From Dudresnaya verticillata (Eukaryota), in contig OZ374562.1 of the NCBI GenBank assembly GCA_977862235.1, positions 806,001-870,000 on the forward strand: 64,000 nt of DNA, in the 5' to 3' direction. Each line of letters opens with the position of its first letter. The stretch's first letter is position 1. Positions 36,742-50,281 of this stretch are shown piece by piece. The notes beneath the pieces are model-generated. The model was not told the origin of the DNA and searched no databases. It saw only the letters and a list, made by a program, of their open reading frames with translations. The translations under genes and the position numbers were made by a program.

Positions 36742-39199
36742 ATGACAACGAGGTCTGGGCGCCTCGTGAGCCCCGAGATCGCGTCGGCGTTCCCGACGCT
36801 ACCCCCGGGCCACGGCCACGCAGGCTCCCACACGTCGCTCAACGGAGGAGAGTGACCTCCCCCGCTTACGCGCCACACCCCCGTCGTCGTCCGCACTTCA
36901 GTCCCCGAGGGATCGGCCCTCCGCACCTACCGCTCCTATGTTGACTCGGCTGATACAGTACAAGCCGAGCAACAGGACGTCGTAGACGGAACACAAGCCG
37001 ACATCGTCGAGGGACAACCGGAACTTCCGGATCAACCAACCAACCACGTCAACGACGATCAAGGGCGCTCCGCGGAGCGCAACGTCGCTGACGAACCATT
37101 GACACAAGGGGCATGTTGCCCCACTCCCCACGGCAGTGCCGGTTGTTCGCCGGCTAAGCCGAAGTCGCCAAGTCAAGGGGCGCAAGGGACGCCCGACCGG
37201 TCAAACCGCGAAAGCCAACCGCCTACGGCGTCACCCTCGGCCGTCCGCGTGAGTAACTTAACGATACCACGCGAACGGATCCGAGAGGTGTGCGTCTTAG
37301 AGGACGATGCGATGCTCGCTCGATTCGCCGGGTTGCTGGACGACAGTGTCAGAGGAATCGCAAGTCGTCTACAGACGTTGGAAGAGGATCGAAACGGCGC
37401 CCTACAAGGACTTCGATCCGACCTCGACCGTCTATTGACGAACCAAAACGCCCAAGGCGAGGGTACACAACCACCGCCGGCAGTAACGGTTCATTCGCAT
37501 TCCGAGCTTAGCTCACGCGAACGCTTTCAGCGACTCGCGACTCGCTTGAAGCGTCTCGAAACCGCCAAGTGGCGCAATGGTCCACCGTCGGGTGACGAGA
37601 GCTCATGCGAAGATCGTCACAGACGTAAGGATCGGAAGAAGCGCCGGCGCAAGCCGCGTCAGAGACGGAAGAAGAATCGTCATCGACGAGGGGACTCGTC
37701 CTCGTCCTCTTCGGACTCGTCAAGCGACGGAGAGTCATCAGACTCTTCGTCTGAAGACGACGATTTTCCAACTCTCGGCAGTGCCGCAAGACCTCGCGGG
37801 AAGCGGTTCAAGGGGTTGAAGGAGCTACGCCCCTCCAACCCCCTTTTCGATCAGTTATTATCGTACAGGACGTACCGTCTCAGAGACGTAGGGCAGAAAC
37901 GCTCAGGGCGCGACACGGGTAAGGTCAAAGACCATATCAAGCGCTTGGAGCTGACCATGAAGGACGCCGCCTTCAACGGTAGCGACCCCGTCATGGTCCT
38001 CGAGTTTCTGACGCGTTACGCGGATGAAGCCGATACGCTGGAGATGAGCGAAGCCCAAGCGTTCGTTGCACTGCCGTACTTCTTGCGAGGTACGGCAGCC
38101 ACGCAATAAGTCGACGTCTTCCCGCCATCGCGGCGGTGTGTCTTCGTATTCGGAGGCGCTGCAGTACCTCCTCCCTACGTATGCTACGCCAGCGGCGATC
38201 AGGGACGCTGTCCTCGCCCTACGGTCGACTGCCCAAAAGCAAGGCGAGGACGAGACGACCTATGGGATGCGGCTAGCCGGTGCGTGTATTCGTTGCGGTA
38301 ACGTATATCCCGATTGGGAAAAGATGACGCTGTACATCGACGGGTTAGACCCGTCGATCAGGTCCCTGGTCGCTCGCTTCCGAGAAGAAATGCCAAGGGC
38401 GGAGTTGTCATTTGAGCGGCTGGTCCACTTCGCACAGGACGAAGGGGATGCCAACCGCGCACGACACGGCAGAGCCGGTTCCGCGTCAGTACGACGTGAC
38501 CTACTGACACCGGCTCAAGCCGTACGCACACCGCGATCCGCCATCGGCGATGCCCGAGGGGTACTGCGTCCACAGACGAGAGGCGCCAAGCCTGGAGCGC
38601 GCGCTATGATAGCGGCGTCCTCCGTTGAGTTCCGAGACGTTAGTCGCCCTGTCGATGACATGGAAACACACGCCGAAGGCGATTTGTACTTGGCAGACGA
38701 GCAAGCGTCGGTGCCAACCTCGGCCCTACCGACGGACAGTTACGTCGATGACGAGGACGAAAGGGATATGGACCCTGCTCTCGCCTTTGGGCGCTCGGTC
38801 GTACCAGCGCCACGCGTCCCCTATTCCGAGTATGCTCCTCACGTCCACCGAGCAAGGCCCGGATGGCAGGACAGAGGCCCGCCCCGTCAAGACGCGCGTC
38901 GGCAGCTGGTATGCCACCAATGCTACGCCCGCGGACACATCGCGCCGGACTGCTTCCTCCGCATGAGCGACTTCATGAAGGTTATTACCAACTATGAAGG
39001 ACTAACCGAAGCCGAGAAGGCTGGTGTCCCCGCTGATGCGTATGTACGTTGCAAGGAACGCGCGACCCGCGACGCTGCTCGCCGTGCTGCACGACCATAA
39101 TCGCCCCGAGGTGGACCCATGCCGCACGCGGCAGAACGTCATCCGACGATGATCAATCGCTATGAAGCGCCGCAACCACCGCCGCAGGCGAAAAACTAA
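36742..39199 (+). pseudogene. gag: A gag (frameshifted) with CCHC zinc knuckle
   Basis: FNGSDPVMVLEFL; CHQCYARGHIAPDC; 10-nt deletion near 38107 relative to B; premature stop at 39098; ends AKN*; start approximate. Confidence 0.88.
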
Positions 39200-42100
39200 C
39201 TCGGGCACCAACTCCGGACACTGGGGTGTCGCACCACGATGAGAGGCCTAGGCCTCGGGTGCTGACACGGAAGGAGGGCCCGAAGTTAGTTACTGATGAC
39301 GCCGACGGGCGGATAGAGTCGTCACAGACGTCATTAAAACGCCCATGGCGAAGGTACCAACCCCCACAGGCGCGAGGACAGTTGTTCGTAATGGCCAAAA
39401 GGAACTATAAGGTGTACGCCGACTTGGGCGTAACCGTTAGTACCTTGGCACGTAAACTCACTGTCCTCGACACGGGGGCTGGTCCGAATTTCATTCGCAT
39501 TGACGATATTCCGCTGGAAGCGCGATCGCGCATCGTGGCAAAGAGCCTCCCCGTCATAGCCGACGCCAACAACAAGGCGATCCAGACAAGAGGCGCCATC
39601 GACCTGGTCGTTCGTCTAGGACGGAGAGACGTCAAGTTGGAACTGATCCTTTACGAACGACTCGCTGCGCCGGTTATACTCGGCTGCGACTTTTGCGACC
39701 GCTTTGTCGAAGCAATATATCCGTGAAGTCGCGAGGTTGAATTGGATGACGGGACTCTTGTCCCTATAACACGCCGCCCGCTGCGCCGACCCCCGTCGTA
39801 TCCTCCGTTACCAACGGAACAGGAATACGGCAAGGCCGAAGGGAGGACGTCGCCCAAGATCCGAGTTGCCGAGCGCGCGATCATCCCGCCTAAGGCGCAG
39901 CAATGGGTATCGGTGACCACCGAGCGCGCCGGCATCATCACAATTCAACCGTTCGGAACGCTGTACGACAAACAAGGTCTGGCCGTTACGAACGGGATTG
40001 CTCAAGTGGAGCCGCTAAAAGCGTTTCGCATTCTGGTTGCCAACTTCTCTCCCCGCCCGCAGGCGTTAGCCAAGGGCCAAGTCGTCGCGACGGGGTTACC
40101 ACATCCGACAGCAGTGTTCCCCAGTCACGTAAGTCTAGCCGATGTTTTGGGCCTCACAGAGGAACAAGCCGAGGAAGAGAAGGCAAACCAAGATTTCCGT
40201 TTTCAAACGAACGATAACACTGCGGCACAGCCGGATACTTTCACGAAGTCTATCGAGGCAACCACTGCTACACCTCCGTCAGTAGACGATTTAGACCTGG
40301 GACATCTCCCCGCCGAGCATCAAGGCCGGCTCAAGGATATGTTGCGCAAATACTCGTCTATGTGGGACGGGTCGTTGGGAGAAATCTCAACCACGGAGCA
40401 CTACATCGACTTGCTTCCCGGTTCTAGACCGATATCGTCCCCGCCCTACCGAGCGGGGCCGAAGCAAAGACAACTCGCTCAAGCGGAAGTGGACCGCATG
40501 CTGCGTCAAGGGGTTATCGAACCCGCTCAATCTCCGTGGGCGTCACCAGTGGTCTTCGCCCCCAAGAAGGATGGGACCCTCCGCTTTTGCGTGGACTACC
40601 GTCGTTTAAACGCAGTAACCATACGGGACACGTACCCGCTGCCGCGTATCGACGAATGCATCGACAGTCTAGGGGAAGCAAACGTCTTCACCACCCTAGA
40701 CTGTAACAGTGGGTACTGGCAAGTGCCGATCAATCCGCGAGACCGCGATAAGACTGCGTTCACGTGCCACGCCGGACTGTTCCGCTATAAGCGTATGCCA
40801 TTCGGTCTCACGAACGCACCCGCTACGTTTCAACGAACGTTGGACATACTGCTCGCTGGTTACAAGTGGCGTTCGTGCCTCGTCTACCTCGATGACGTAA
40901 TAATCTTCTCCAGCGACATCGACAGTCACTTCCGTCATGTTGACGAGAAACTTTCGACATTGCACCGCGCCGGGGTGACTCTGAAGTTGACCAAGTGTGA
41001 CTTCTTCACCCCGACCGTCAACTACTTAGGACACGTCATACGTCCAGGACGGTTAGAAGTTGACCGAACTGTCACTGCCGCGCTACGCGAAGCCAAGCAT
41101 CCACGGGATCAGAAGGAGCTACGGAGTTTTCTCGGTCTTTGTAACGTCTACAGACGGTTCGTCTCGCGATACGCGCATGTCGCTGCCCCCCTCAACAAGT
41201 TGCTGAGGAAGAAACAGGACTTACGGTTACAACCGTTTGATGAGACACAAGCCAAAGCGTTCAGTACGCTCGTCGAGGCCGTGACTCATCCGCCTATACT
41301 GGCGCTACGACAGCAGGGTCTCCCCTATTCCGTCGATTGTGACGCAAGCGAGTATCAGATCGGCTGCGCTCTCTTTCAGACGCAGCCCGACGGGGAACGT
41401 AAGCCGCTTGGCTTCTGGTCCCGCTCGTTCACCGCTCCAGAGCGTAACTACTCGGTCTCCGAAAAGGAGTGCCTCGCAGTAGTATGGTCCGTCATGACGC
41501 TGCGATCTTACCTCCAGATGGAGTCGTTCACAGTCCATACGGACCATTCGTAGTTGAGGTGGCTGATGGAAATCAGCGACCTCTCTGGACGGTTAATGCG
41601 GTGGCGCCTTCGCCTTTCCGAGTTCGACTTTGTCGTGAAGTACAAAAAGGGGTACCTGAATACCCAGGCAGATGCCCTTTCGCGTCTACAGACGAAAGGC
41701 GAAACCGTCGAGCCCATTGACGATGATATACCGTGCTATCACGGAAGCTACGTCGAAGACGGCCATCACACGTCACAGGACGATCTGTCAGACGCCGAAG
41801 GCGAGGTCGACGTTGCCGAACGAGAGTTCGAAGAGTTCGACCAAGTGTTGATCAACAACACGCCACCGGCGGATGAGGTACTCCTTCGTCAAGTGACGCA
41901 TGAGGAGTTGGTACACGCCCAAGGCGATGACAAGTACTGTAACGATGTCAAGAAACGTCTGAATGACGGAATCATATTGCCGTTCGCAACGGATGAACAG
42001 GGCCTGTTGGTCCGAACAGTGGAAGTCCGTCCGCAAGTGGTCGTACCCTCCGCGTTACGCGCTCGCTTACTCCACCTCTGGCACCACGCCAAGTTGGCAG

Positions 42101-43913
42101 GGCACCCAGGGGGGCGTCAGTTGTATCATACGCTTCGACGCGAATACTGTTGGCCATCGATGCCAGTGGACTGCTATGCGACCGTCCGCAACTGCGTAAC
42201 TTGCGCTAAGAATCGCGTATTGCTACGAAAAAGCACCAAGCAATTGAAGTTGTTCCCGGCAACCGAGCCTCTCGAATTTGTATCGATCGACATCCTGGGC
42301 GAACTCATACGCACGAAGTGAGGAAACAAGTTCCTACTCGTCATTGTGGACCGCTTCTCGAAGCTGGTCCGGACGGTCCCACTGCGTAGTATTACGGCAT
42401 TGTAAATCGCTAAGGCGTTTGTACGACATTGGGTCTTCGTGTACGGCCCCCCAAGAAACTGTTGTCCGAAAACGGACCACAGTTCGTGGCTAAGCTGTTT
42501 CAGGATATCTGCCGTCTTTTGGGAGTGGAGAATCTCTTCACTACGACGTACCATCCGCAATGCAATGGCCAGGTAGAACGATTCAATCGAACTATCCTGG
42601 CCTCGCTGCGTCACTACGTTGCGGATCATCCGAGGGACTGGGACCTGTTCACGGATGCCTTGACGTTCGCATACAACACACAGTTGCATTCGTCTACGCA
42701 TCTCGCTCCGTCTGAATTGGTGCTATCGAAGCCACCACGGCCATTGTCGCTCGACGCGGAACCGTCGCTCGAAAGCGTACCCACCGCGGGGCAATACTAC
42801 ACCAAGTGGCGAACGTGGAGGGGCGCACTGATGGGAACCGCTAAAGCGTCGTTAGAGAAAACTCAAGCACGTTAGAAACGAAACTTCGATACCCGATTAA
42901 GGAAATCGAAGGAAACAATCGCCGTAGACGACTTCGTATTCGTACGTAAGGACTTCGCCCGAGGCGGGAGCACGGATCGCGCAGAGCGTAAGCATAAGCT
43001 GGCGCCAGTGGCGGACGGACCATACCGGGTAACTCACGTTGATAACGAGACAGTAACCGTCCACAAGGGGCGTGATGAGCGGGAACGTTTGTCCCGAGAC
43101 CGCGTGGTCTGGGCGCCGACCCCACCGGGTCAGGCGGCCCCTCCAATCGTCGTACCACCAGGTCCGCCTGAGGAGCAGGGAGCAGTCGCCCCCACGTCAC
43201 ACCACGAAGGGACGACTACCCCAGGCACGCCACCAGCGGACCCGGGAGAGGACGCAGACACTCCGCGTACTGCGCCAGATCCGCAAGAGCGTACGCTCGC
43301 AGCGTCGCGCAGTCGTGGGTTGGCAGAGCTTTCGCCCTTCGCAGCCGATCGCAACGACCGCGCTTCGCAACCCGTCTCCAACGACGACAGTACCCCAGGG
43401 GTTCGCACCCGTTTGGAACACGTCGCTACGGCACCGCCGAATGAGAAAAATGACTCCGCTGAAAGCGCGTCCGATAACGAAGACGTTAACCGTGCAAGCA
43501 CGAAGCAAGGCGCTGCAAGCGATGAACTCGTCTCCAGACGCAACAACCCACTGACCGCTGATCGAGCGTCCGAGGCCCAAGGCCAACGCCTTCGGCGATC
43601 AACTCGTCGAGTACGCTTCGCCGAACCGGAACAGACGCCCATCACGCAACGAGACGAACCGCCAAAGGCGCTGGAAAGTACCACGTCCAAGCTGAACGCT
43701 GGGAGCGGGAAAGAATGCGTGATTGAACGCATCGAGTCGCATGCGTACGCGGATGATGGTGAGATCCTCTACCGTGTCAAGTGGTTTGGATACCCCACTT
43801 CAGCGAACACCTGGGAGCCCGTGTCCAGTTTGCCGCGATCACACGCCGTGCGGTACCACCGTCGGAAGCACACGCGCCTGCCTCCAAATATTGACGACGC
43901 CCAGCACGGATAA
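39190..43913 (+). pseudogene. pol: A pol (PR-RT-RNaseH-INT-chromodomain) with stops and a frameshift
   Basis: LDTGAG, YLDD, DCDAS, HHAKLAGHPG..CVTC, YHPQCNGQVERFN, GPY, YRVKWFGY..NTWEP. Confidence 0.96.
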
Positions 43914-45426
43914 CCCTAATCGGGAAAACAACGCTAAAAGCGAATGCACTGACGTTCCGAGACTGCACGGGAACGCAAACGTCGCCAACGGCGTGGAAGC
44001 CCCCTCTAACATACGTGGACGCGGGTACACCCGCCGTGGCGACAACCAAGCACATACGTCAAAGACGGAGCAGGACACAAATCTGGCGTCAAAGACAACC
44101 GCACCACACGCGGCCCCCATACAGCGCCCCGGATGCGAGTGTGGCTGACAGTGGCTCCAGATCACTCGCCGAGGTACGCGCCCCACCAATCCTGTGCCCA
44201 GACACATACTAGAGCTGGAAAGTTTAATGCGCAAACAAAGGGGAGGCGCACTACCCGACAATCCCCCACTATGCCAAACACGGTATGCCAAGTGGCCGCA
44301 CTGGTGCTACCGGCACGCACGACGCCAGACGCAATTCACAACGCGCAAGAACCGTCCCCGACGTTGCCGCACGCTTGCGCACCACGGCCAAGTCGCCGCA
44401 GCCTCACCTTACCCAGCCAGCGAAAGGCTCGGCCGGGCACGAACACACGCGCCGCGCCGCCGACGCACCTCCCGAAGAAGGGGAACGCCGCCGAACCCGC
44501 CGACAACGGGGGGAGTGAGTCGTCGAGGACGCGTTTATCACGGTTCCGTGCACGATGCACAACCAAACCGCTAACCAAATCGCGCAATGGCTCCGCCGCT
44601 GGGAATGGCCGCCACAGTCGCGCGACGACCATTCCCCACCCTCGGAGGAAAACGTCAGAGACGAGGAACAAGGCAACTCGCCTACCAGAAGCCACCTCAA
44701 CCACCACACGTCGACCTCCGTCAACGACGATGTGCACAACTAAGCTACAGAAGCTAAGCTACACACCAAGCGAGAAAGGAATACGCCCCTGGCGTGGAAA
44801 TGGCCCACGCTCACGCGCAAGCCGCGGACCGAACACGACAACACCCAGCAACGCTCTGAGCGAGTCCCCCATGACGACTCTGTCGAGCGTGGCAGGATGA
44901 AATGCAAACGCAAAGAAACGCTTTGCTAAGCGAAATAACCAAGAGACCCGGCCCCGAAAACGTCGACAATATTTGTCGTCAACGAAACGCAGTTCCGAAA
45001 ACACTACGCTAAGGCAGCGAACCAAGAAGGGAGGTACAACGCCCAAGTAACGTCTCTCGACGATTAATACAATAACGTCGTCACGACGAGACAGGAAGTA
45101 AGTGAACGCCCGCCGAAGTGACACCACTTCTCACCATACGTGTAGCACGAGTTCGCGAACACACCCGCAAGACACGATGGCAACACTCTACAACGCGACG
45201 CGGGACGAAACCGAACTACGTTACCAACGATATAATTTATTCGGGCTACGCAACGGGGAAGCCCCGCGCCCAAGCTACAAGCCACGGCGGCTAAATGCCG
45301 CAAAAACATTCAACACATTCGTCAACGACGTACGATGCCCTATCTCCCGACTCCGCAAAGGAGTCGACACCGCACCACGATACGCACCCCCGCGAAGGCC
45401 TTCCGCCCTAAACGACGCTAACAATG

Positions 45427-47781
45427 TCACGTCGCAGACGGTTTGGCCGAGTCCGCCGCACCATCGCCCTCGGCGGACTCCCTCAACGCCTCTTCATAGA
45501 GGTCGTCTTCCGTCACTGACGGCACACCAACAGCGGCAACAGGGAAGGACCGCAAAGGAACCGCCACCGCCACCGATGGAGAAGTAATACGCGCCGCTGG
45601 CGAAGAGTTTGACTCACCACCCGCCTTAGGCGGCGAAGCCTTTTTGGCTTTGCCAACCGCCGATGGCGCAGAACCAAGTCGGTCATCCGCCTCCGGCGCT
45701 GCCACGATAACACGCGCCTTCGGCGTAGTTGCAGGGGCTGTCCCCTTGGATGGCGAACCAACCGCAACCGCCTTTGGCGTAGAGTTCAACTCATCGCTAG
45801 CCTTCGGCGCCGCAGAACCTACCGCCTTCGGCGCAACTGCCGCAACCGTCTGAACCGACGTAGACCCCTCACCCGCCTTCGGCGTCATCGGTTCTATATC
45901 CGTCATCGACGCAGGAGCCACTGGGCCCTCCTCAACCGTCAGAGACGTTGTAGCGACATCTGCCTCGCTCGCCGCTGGCGGTACAGTAGCACTTACGTCC
46001 TTGGACGCTGAACCAGTCGCCTTAGGCGATGACGACTTTCCGTCTGCACCGTCTTTCGACGCAGAACCTACGCCAACCATCGGCACCGGCACCGACGCAC
46101 TCTGGGGACGCGGCGCAGCCGCCAGAGACTGGCTCACCCACTCAGTGGGCGAGCCACTCAAACCGCTAGTAGCGACTCCAGCTGCACGCAATAAGGCGAG
46201 CACGGTGCGGCGCTGTTCCTCGGTCCAGACCGGCACCGAGGGCACCGTCACAGACCCGTCTATGACGTTTGATACTACGCCTTGAGGCGTTACGGTCGGC
46301 GGAGCCGACTCGACTATTGGCGTCGCCATAATGGCATCGCCATCAACGTCCGAGACGGGAGCCGCGAGGTCCAAAGGTGCCACAGCCGGCAAGCCAGCTG
46401 ACACCCCAACACCACCGGCAGACCCTTGTGGCAACGCTGATGGTGGAGCCGCAGCCTCGGCAGATGACTCAACCGCCATAGGCGTAGCAACAGCCGTCCC
46501 AGACGGGTTACCCGGCTCGCCATCGGCGTTAAAAGCATCTTCCTCGGCCATCAAGGAACTCAAATGCGGAGGAAAATCACCGACAAAGTCGCAGCTCTTA
46601 CGCAAACCACGCGGGTGATTACCCGGTGTGAAGCGGTCCGTTTTGCGATGGCGCTCCGCAACGTTCTTCGTCGTACGACGCTTTGTCCATGGATTATAAT
46701 GGATCCAATCGCCACAGGCGGAGTGAGTACGACTCATCGCGAATCGCGGGCGGTTCGTCTTACGACGGTTGTTCCCTAACGGCACCGTCGCCGGGTCGTT
46801 CCAGTTAATTTCATCCGCTATTGAGCGCAAATCCCAGAACTCCTGGCTGTTCCTCGACCCGCCGAGTATCTCGGCTAGGTCCAGGCCACCAAGAGACGCG
46901 ACTATGCGAGGTGGCAGATAATACATGCGGAAGGTGTCATACACCTCCCACATCCAATCGTACGCTACGTTTGCCACCCACTCGGTGTAGAACATCACCC
47001 ACCATTTGGAGTACGGGTCCGTCATTAACTCCGACCCGATATACGTGAGACACGGAGGAAGTTCGGCAGCGAAACCTTCGCAAATTTCGAACTCTCGCCA
47101 AACGGGTGGCACCTTCACGAAGCAGTGAGGCAACTTACTGCGTTCGATATGATCGACCTGCATATCCTGATAGGCCACAAAGACGCCCTTTCGGCGACGC
47201 GTTTCACATTCCCAACGTATGCACCGTTCCCAAAAGAACGTCCCCGTTCGGTGTTGGTAACGAAAATCCGCTTTCAAGCGCACTCCCAGGAGGTACGCCT
47301 CCTGCCTGATGCGCGGCTCTGCCGAGACGCTCAGATGTTTGAGCGATAACGTCCCTAGACGATTCCCATATTCAATATCGCCATTGGTCCGGTATTGACC
47401 GGCATCAAGCTCGAAGATGGCCGGCGTTAACGCCGAACACGGATAACGCGTGGAGCGGCGATACACGTCTCCGACGAACTTGGCATGAACACCCGCACGC
47501 GATTGCCCTGCGCGAACCCACAGCCACTCGGGCGGAACCGCGCAGCGCAACTTCCAATTCATCGTCCAGACGACGGCAAGGGGGAGTCCTCCCGGCAAAA
47601 ATCCGCTAGTAGCGTAATGAGCAATGAGCTACTCATTGCGAAAGGCCTCCTGGTCAAACCAGGGGGCCTGCGCGAAGATGTCCCCGTGATCCTGCGGGTT
47701 CTTCCCGACGAAGTCGTATGGAGATAAGTATACCGGCGCGGCCGAGGGCGCCGCAACCTGCACACCATTGAACGTCGGCAT
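45427..47781 (-). CDS. Antisense accessory ORF of A, unknown function (~785 codons; premature stop at 47629-47631)
   Basis: 723-aa open frame 45427-47598; in-frame upstream ATG at 47781 (MPTFNGVQVAAP); strong protein conservation with the B copy. Confidence 0.85.
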
Positions 47782-48239
47782 AACGTCAACGACGCAACTT
47801 CGTTTACGCCACTGGCGCTTAAGGTCAAACGAACGTCAACGACGACTCTTGCACCACGCCACAGGCGGATATCCTTTCGGCTTACGTCAAAAGACGCCTT
47901 TTGTTCCTCGCCGTTGGCGACTACGATGAAGCTGCGTCACAGACGGGAAACACCTGCGCCTCGGGCGATGAACTTCACACAACTCGTCGACGACGATACA
48001 ACTGAAACGCCCCAGGCGACGAATTGAATGTGGCGTCGTTGACGGGATTCGCAAGGCGCCAACGGCGATGGTGTACAGTGAAGAAAAGCGCGCACGAGAG
48101 AGAGGGCTCGCCGGACGCAACGCGCAGCACGCGAGGTTAGCAGGCACAGCCGGAACGCAGGAACGCACGCACAAAGATGTGGGACCCGCAGAGAAACGCA
48201 AGCTTGTGGCGGACGTGTTCGCGTTTTGCGAGGGGGTCG

Positions 48240-49075
48240 TGTGGTGCAAGGGGAGGGCTGCCCCTTTTTCGCTGTGAGCGTATTATATGCCATCGTCTAC
48301 CGATGGCACGTCAACCGCCGTTGGCGCGCGAACACGTCATAGACGATTGGCCCACGGGCGTACGGCCGCCGTTACCCCGCGCGGCGCGGCGCACGCGCCC
48401 ACTGTACGGCCGGATCCGGATACACGATCCCGATCGGTCGGGCGCAAGGCGCCCGCCTGTAAGCTTGGCCCGGATCCGGATCGGATCCGGATGGGACATC
48501 GAGATCCAGCATCCGAATCTACAGTGATGTAAGGAGCGCGCCTGTAATGGCCGCGCGCCAGCAATGCTGGCAGGGATCTGGATCCGAATCCGGATTCCTC
48601 ACGCCGCTACACGCATGCGTCTGTAAGCTACCCTTGAGCTCCCGCGCACGCGGCTGCATGGCGACGACGACGTGTCAGACACTCGACGGTGCGACACGCG
48701 TCCTGAGTTCCCGCGCACCGCACCTGCCGCCGTCGCTCGCGTAGTATATTAGGTAATCCGTCTGAGACGCTGAGTAAACCCCGGACAAGCCGGCCTTGGT
48801 CCAGACTTCCCCGTTCCGCACGCGCGCATTCTACCGCTGCCTACGGCTAAGCGTCTACCTCCCGTGCTTCCACGTCTACCATCGTCCTTGACGTGTCCCC
48901 TTTCTCTTTCCCTTTTCCTTCCTTTCCGCCTCGGGCGTTTACAGTCCGCCCAAGGCGTGCCCCTTTGCTCTACCACCAAGTCGCCGACGGCGGGACTACC
49001 TACCGCCGAGGGCGCAGCTACCCACCGAGCCCCGAACTGCTCGGCGGTTCATCGTGTACAGACGTTTGCACCACA
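48240..49075 (+). repeat. 3' LTR of A
   Basis: Direct repeat of 35683-36518; preceded by short PPT GAGGGGGTCG. Confidence 0.97.
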
Positions 49076-50281
49076 TACATCAGCCCCCGCGCTGATAAAC
49101 CCACTCTTACCAACGTACTTGATCAAATCAAGTCTCGGTCTTCATGCCCCACGCTTCTGATGGGGGACTTCAACGCACGCCATCCGTCTTGGTTCTCAGC
49201 ACGCAACCCCCGCGGCCAAGCCCTCGTGTCGTGGTGCTCTCGAAATCCGTTCACAATCTCCGCCCCCCCTGTACCGACCTTCCACAGTGGCAATGGCAGC
49301 GGTGGTTCAAGCACCATCGACTGGTGCGTCGCCAACTGTGATCCCCTTGCACAACCCCACGTCGCCGAAGGTACCTGGGACGGGGCCAGTGACCACGCAA
49401 CCATCGTCGCCACCCTCCGACCGCGCTTCCCCACTCCGTCCCTGGCCCCAACCTGCGCCAAGCGCGCCCGCCACCGGGTTACCAAGACGACTTTGGCGAA
49501 CCCAAAACACTACGAAGCTGTCAGAGAATGCTACCGAGAATCCCTGCCCCCCTTTATTGCAGAACTGAAAACCTCCAGGACCTCGCTTGGGGCTCAGAAC
49601 ACCCTTGCCAAACTCCCCACCATCCTCTCAAAGCCTTGGGTTAGCGTTGCACCCGCAAGACCCCGTCGTTTTAAGCCACACTGGTCCATTGAGCTCTACT
49701 GCATGCGACGGCATAGGTGCCGTGCGTTCCGGCGAATGCCAAGCTCTGCTGCAGCACCCCAACGCGCCGCTGCTGAGCAGGAATACCGTAAGCTACAGCG
49801 CGTTATACATCCCCGAGTTCGAGCCATCAAGCGTCGCCAGAAGGAGAGATCCCAGCAAGAGTTGCTTCAACGCCCTCACTCTGACTTGGCTACTGCGATA
49901 CGTGCGCAACAGATGAAGCGCAAGCCACGACTTCGGCTCCAAAACGCTACAGGACCCTCTCTAGACCCAGCCCGCTTCACCCGGCACATGCGATCTCCCG
50001 CCGCTGTCCCACCCACGCCAGCTTCCCAAGAATTTTATGTACGTCCTTCCTTCCAGCAGTCCATCCTTCGGGCCATCTCCTCCATGGCAAGCGGAAAAGC
50101 GGTTGGACCAGACAACACACACGTGGAAATGCTGAAGCTCTGTCCCTCCCTCTGTGCTGACTTGCTTTTTGCAGTGTGGCAGTGTTGTGGCCGATTTGGA
50201 ATATTCCCAAGTGCCTGGAATGAGGGCGTCCTGATTCCTGTTCACAAGTCCGGACCGGTTGAAGATCCAGACAACCACCGC
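49076..50281 (+). pseudogene. LINE ORF2 continuation (rest of APE and start of RT)
   Basis: LLMGDFNARHPSW, STIDW, SDH, KAVGPD, FPSAWNEGVLIPVHKSG..DNHR; open throughout. Confidence 0.92.

Larger units (their letters stand above)
35683..49075 (+). mobile_element. Full-length Ty3/Gypsy chromodomain LTR retrotransposon A (13.4 kb)
   Basis: 836-bp LTRs with ~11 differences by eye; TSD TACAT at 35678-35682 and 49076-49080; PBS, gag, pol, antisense ORF, PPT. Confidence 0.97.
33416..50281 (+). mobile_element. LINE (non-LTR retrotransposon) interrupted by A and truncated by B
   Basis: ORF1 followed by APE-RT ORF2 on +; 5' end approximate. Confidence 0.85.

Noticed and set aside
45427..47781. env gene call for the third ORF
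   Set aside because: Antisense orientation, with no evident signal peptide or transmembrane anchor
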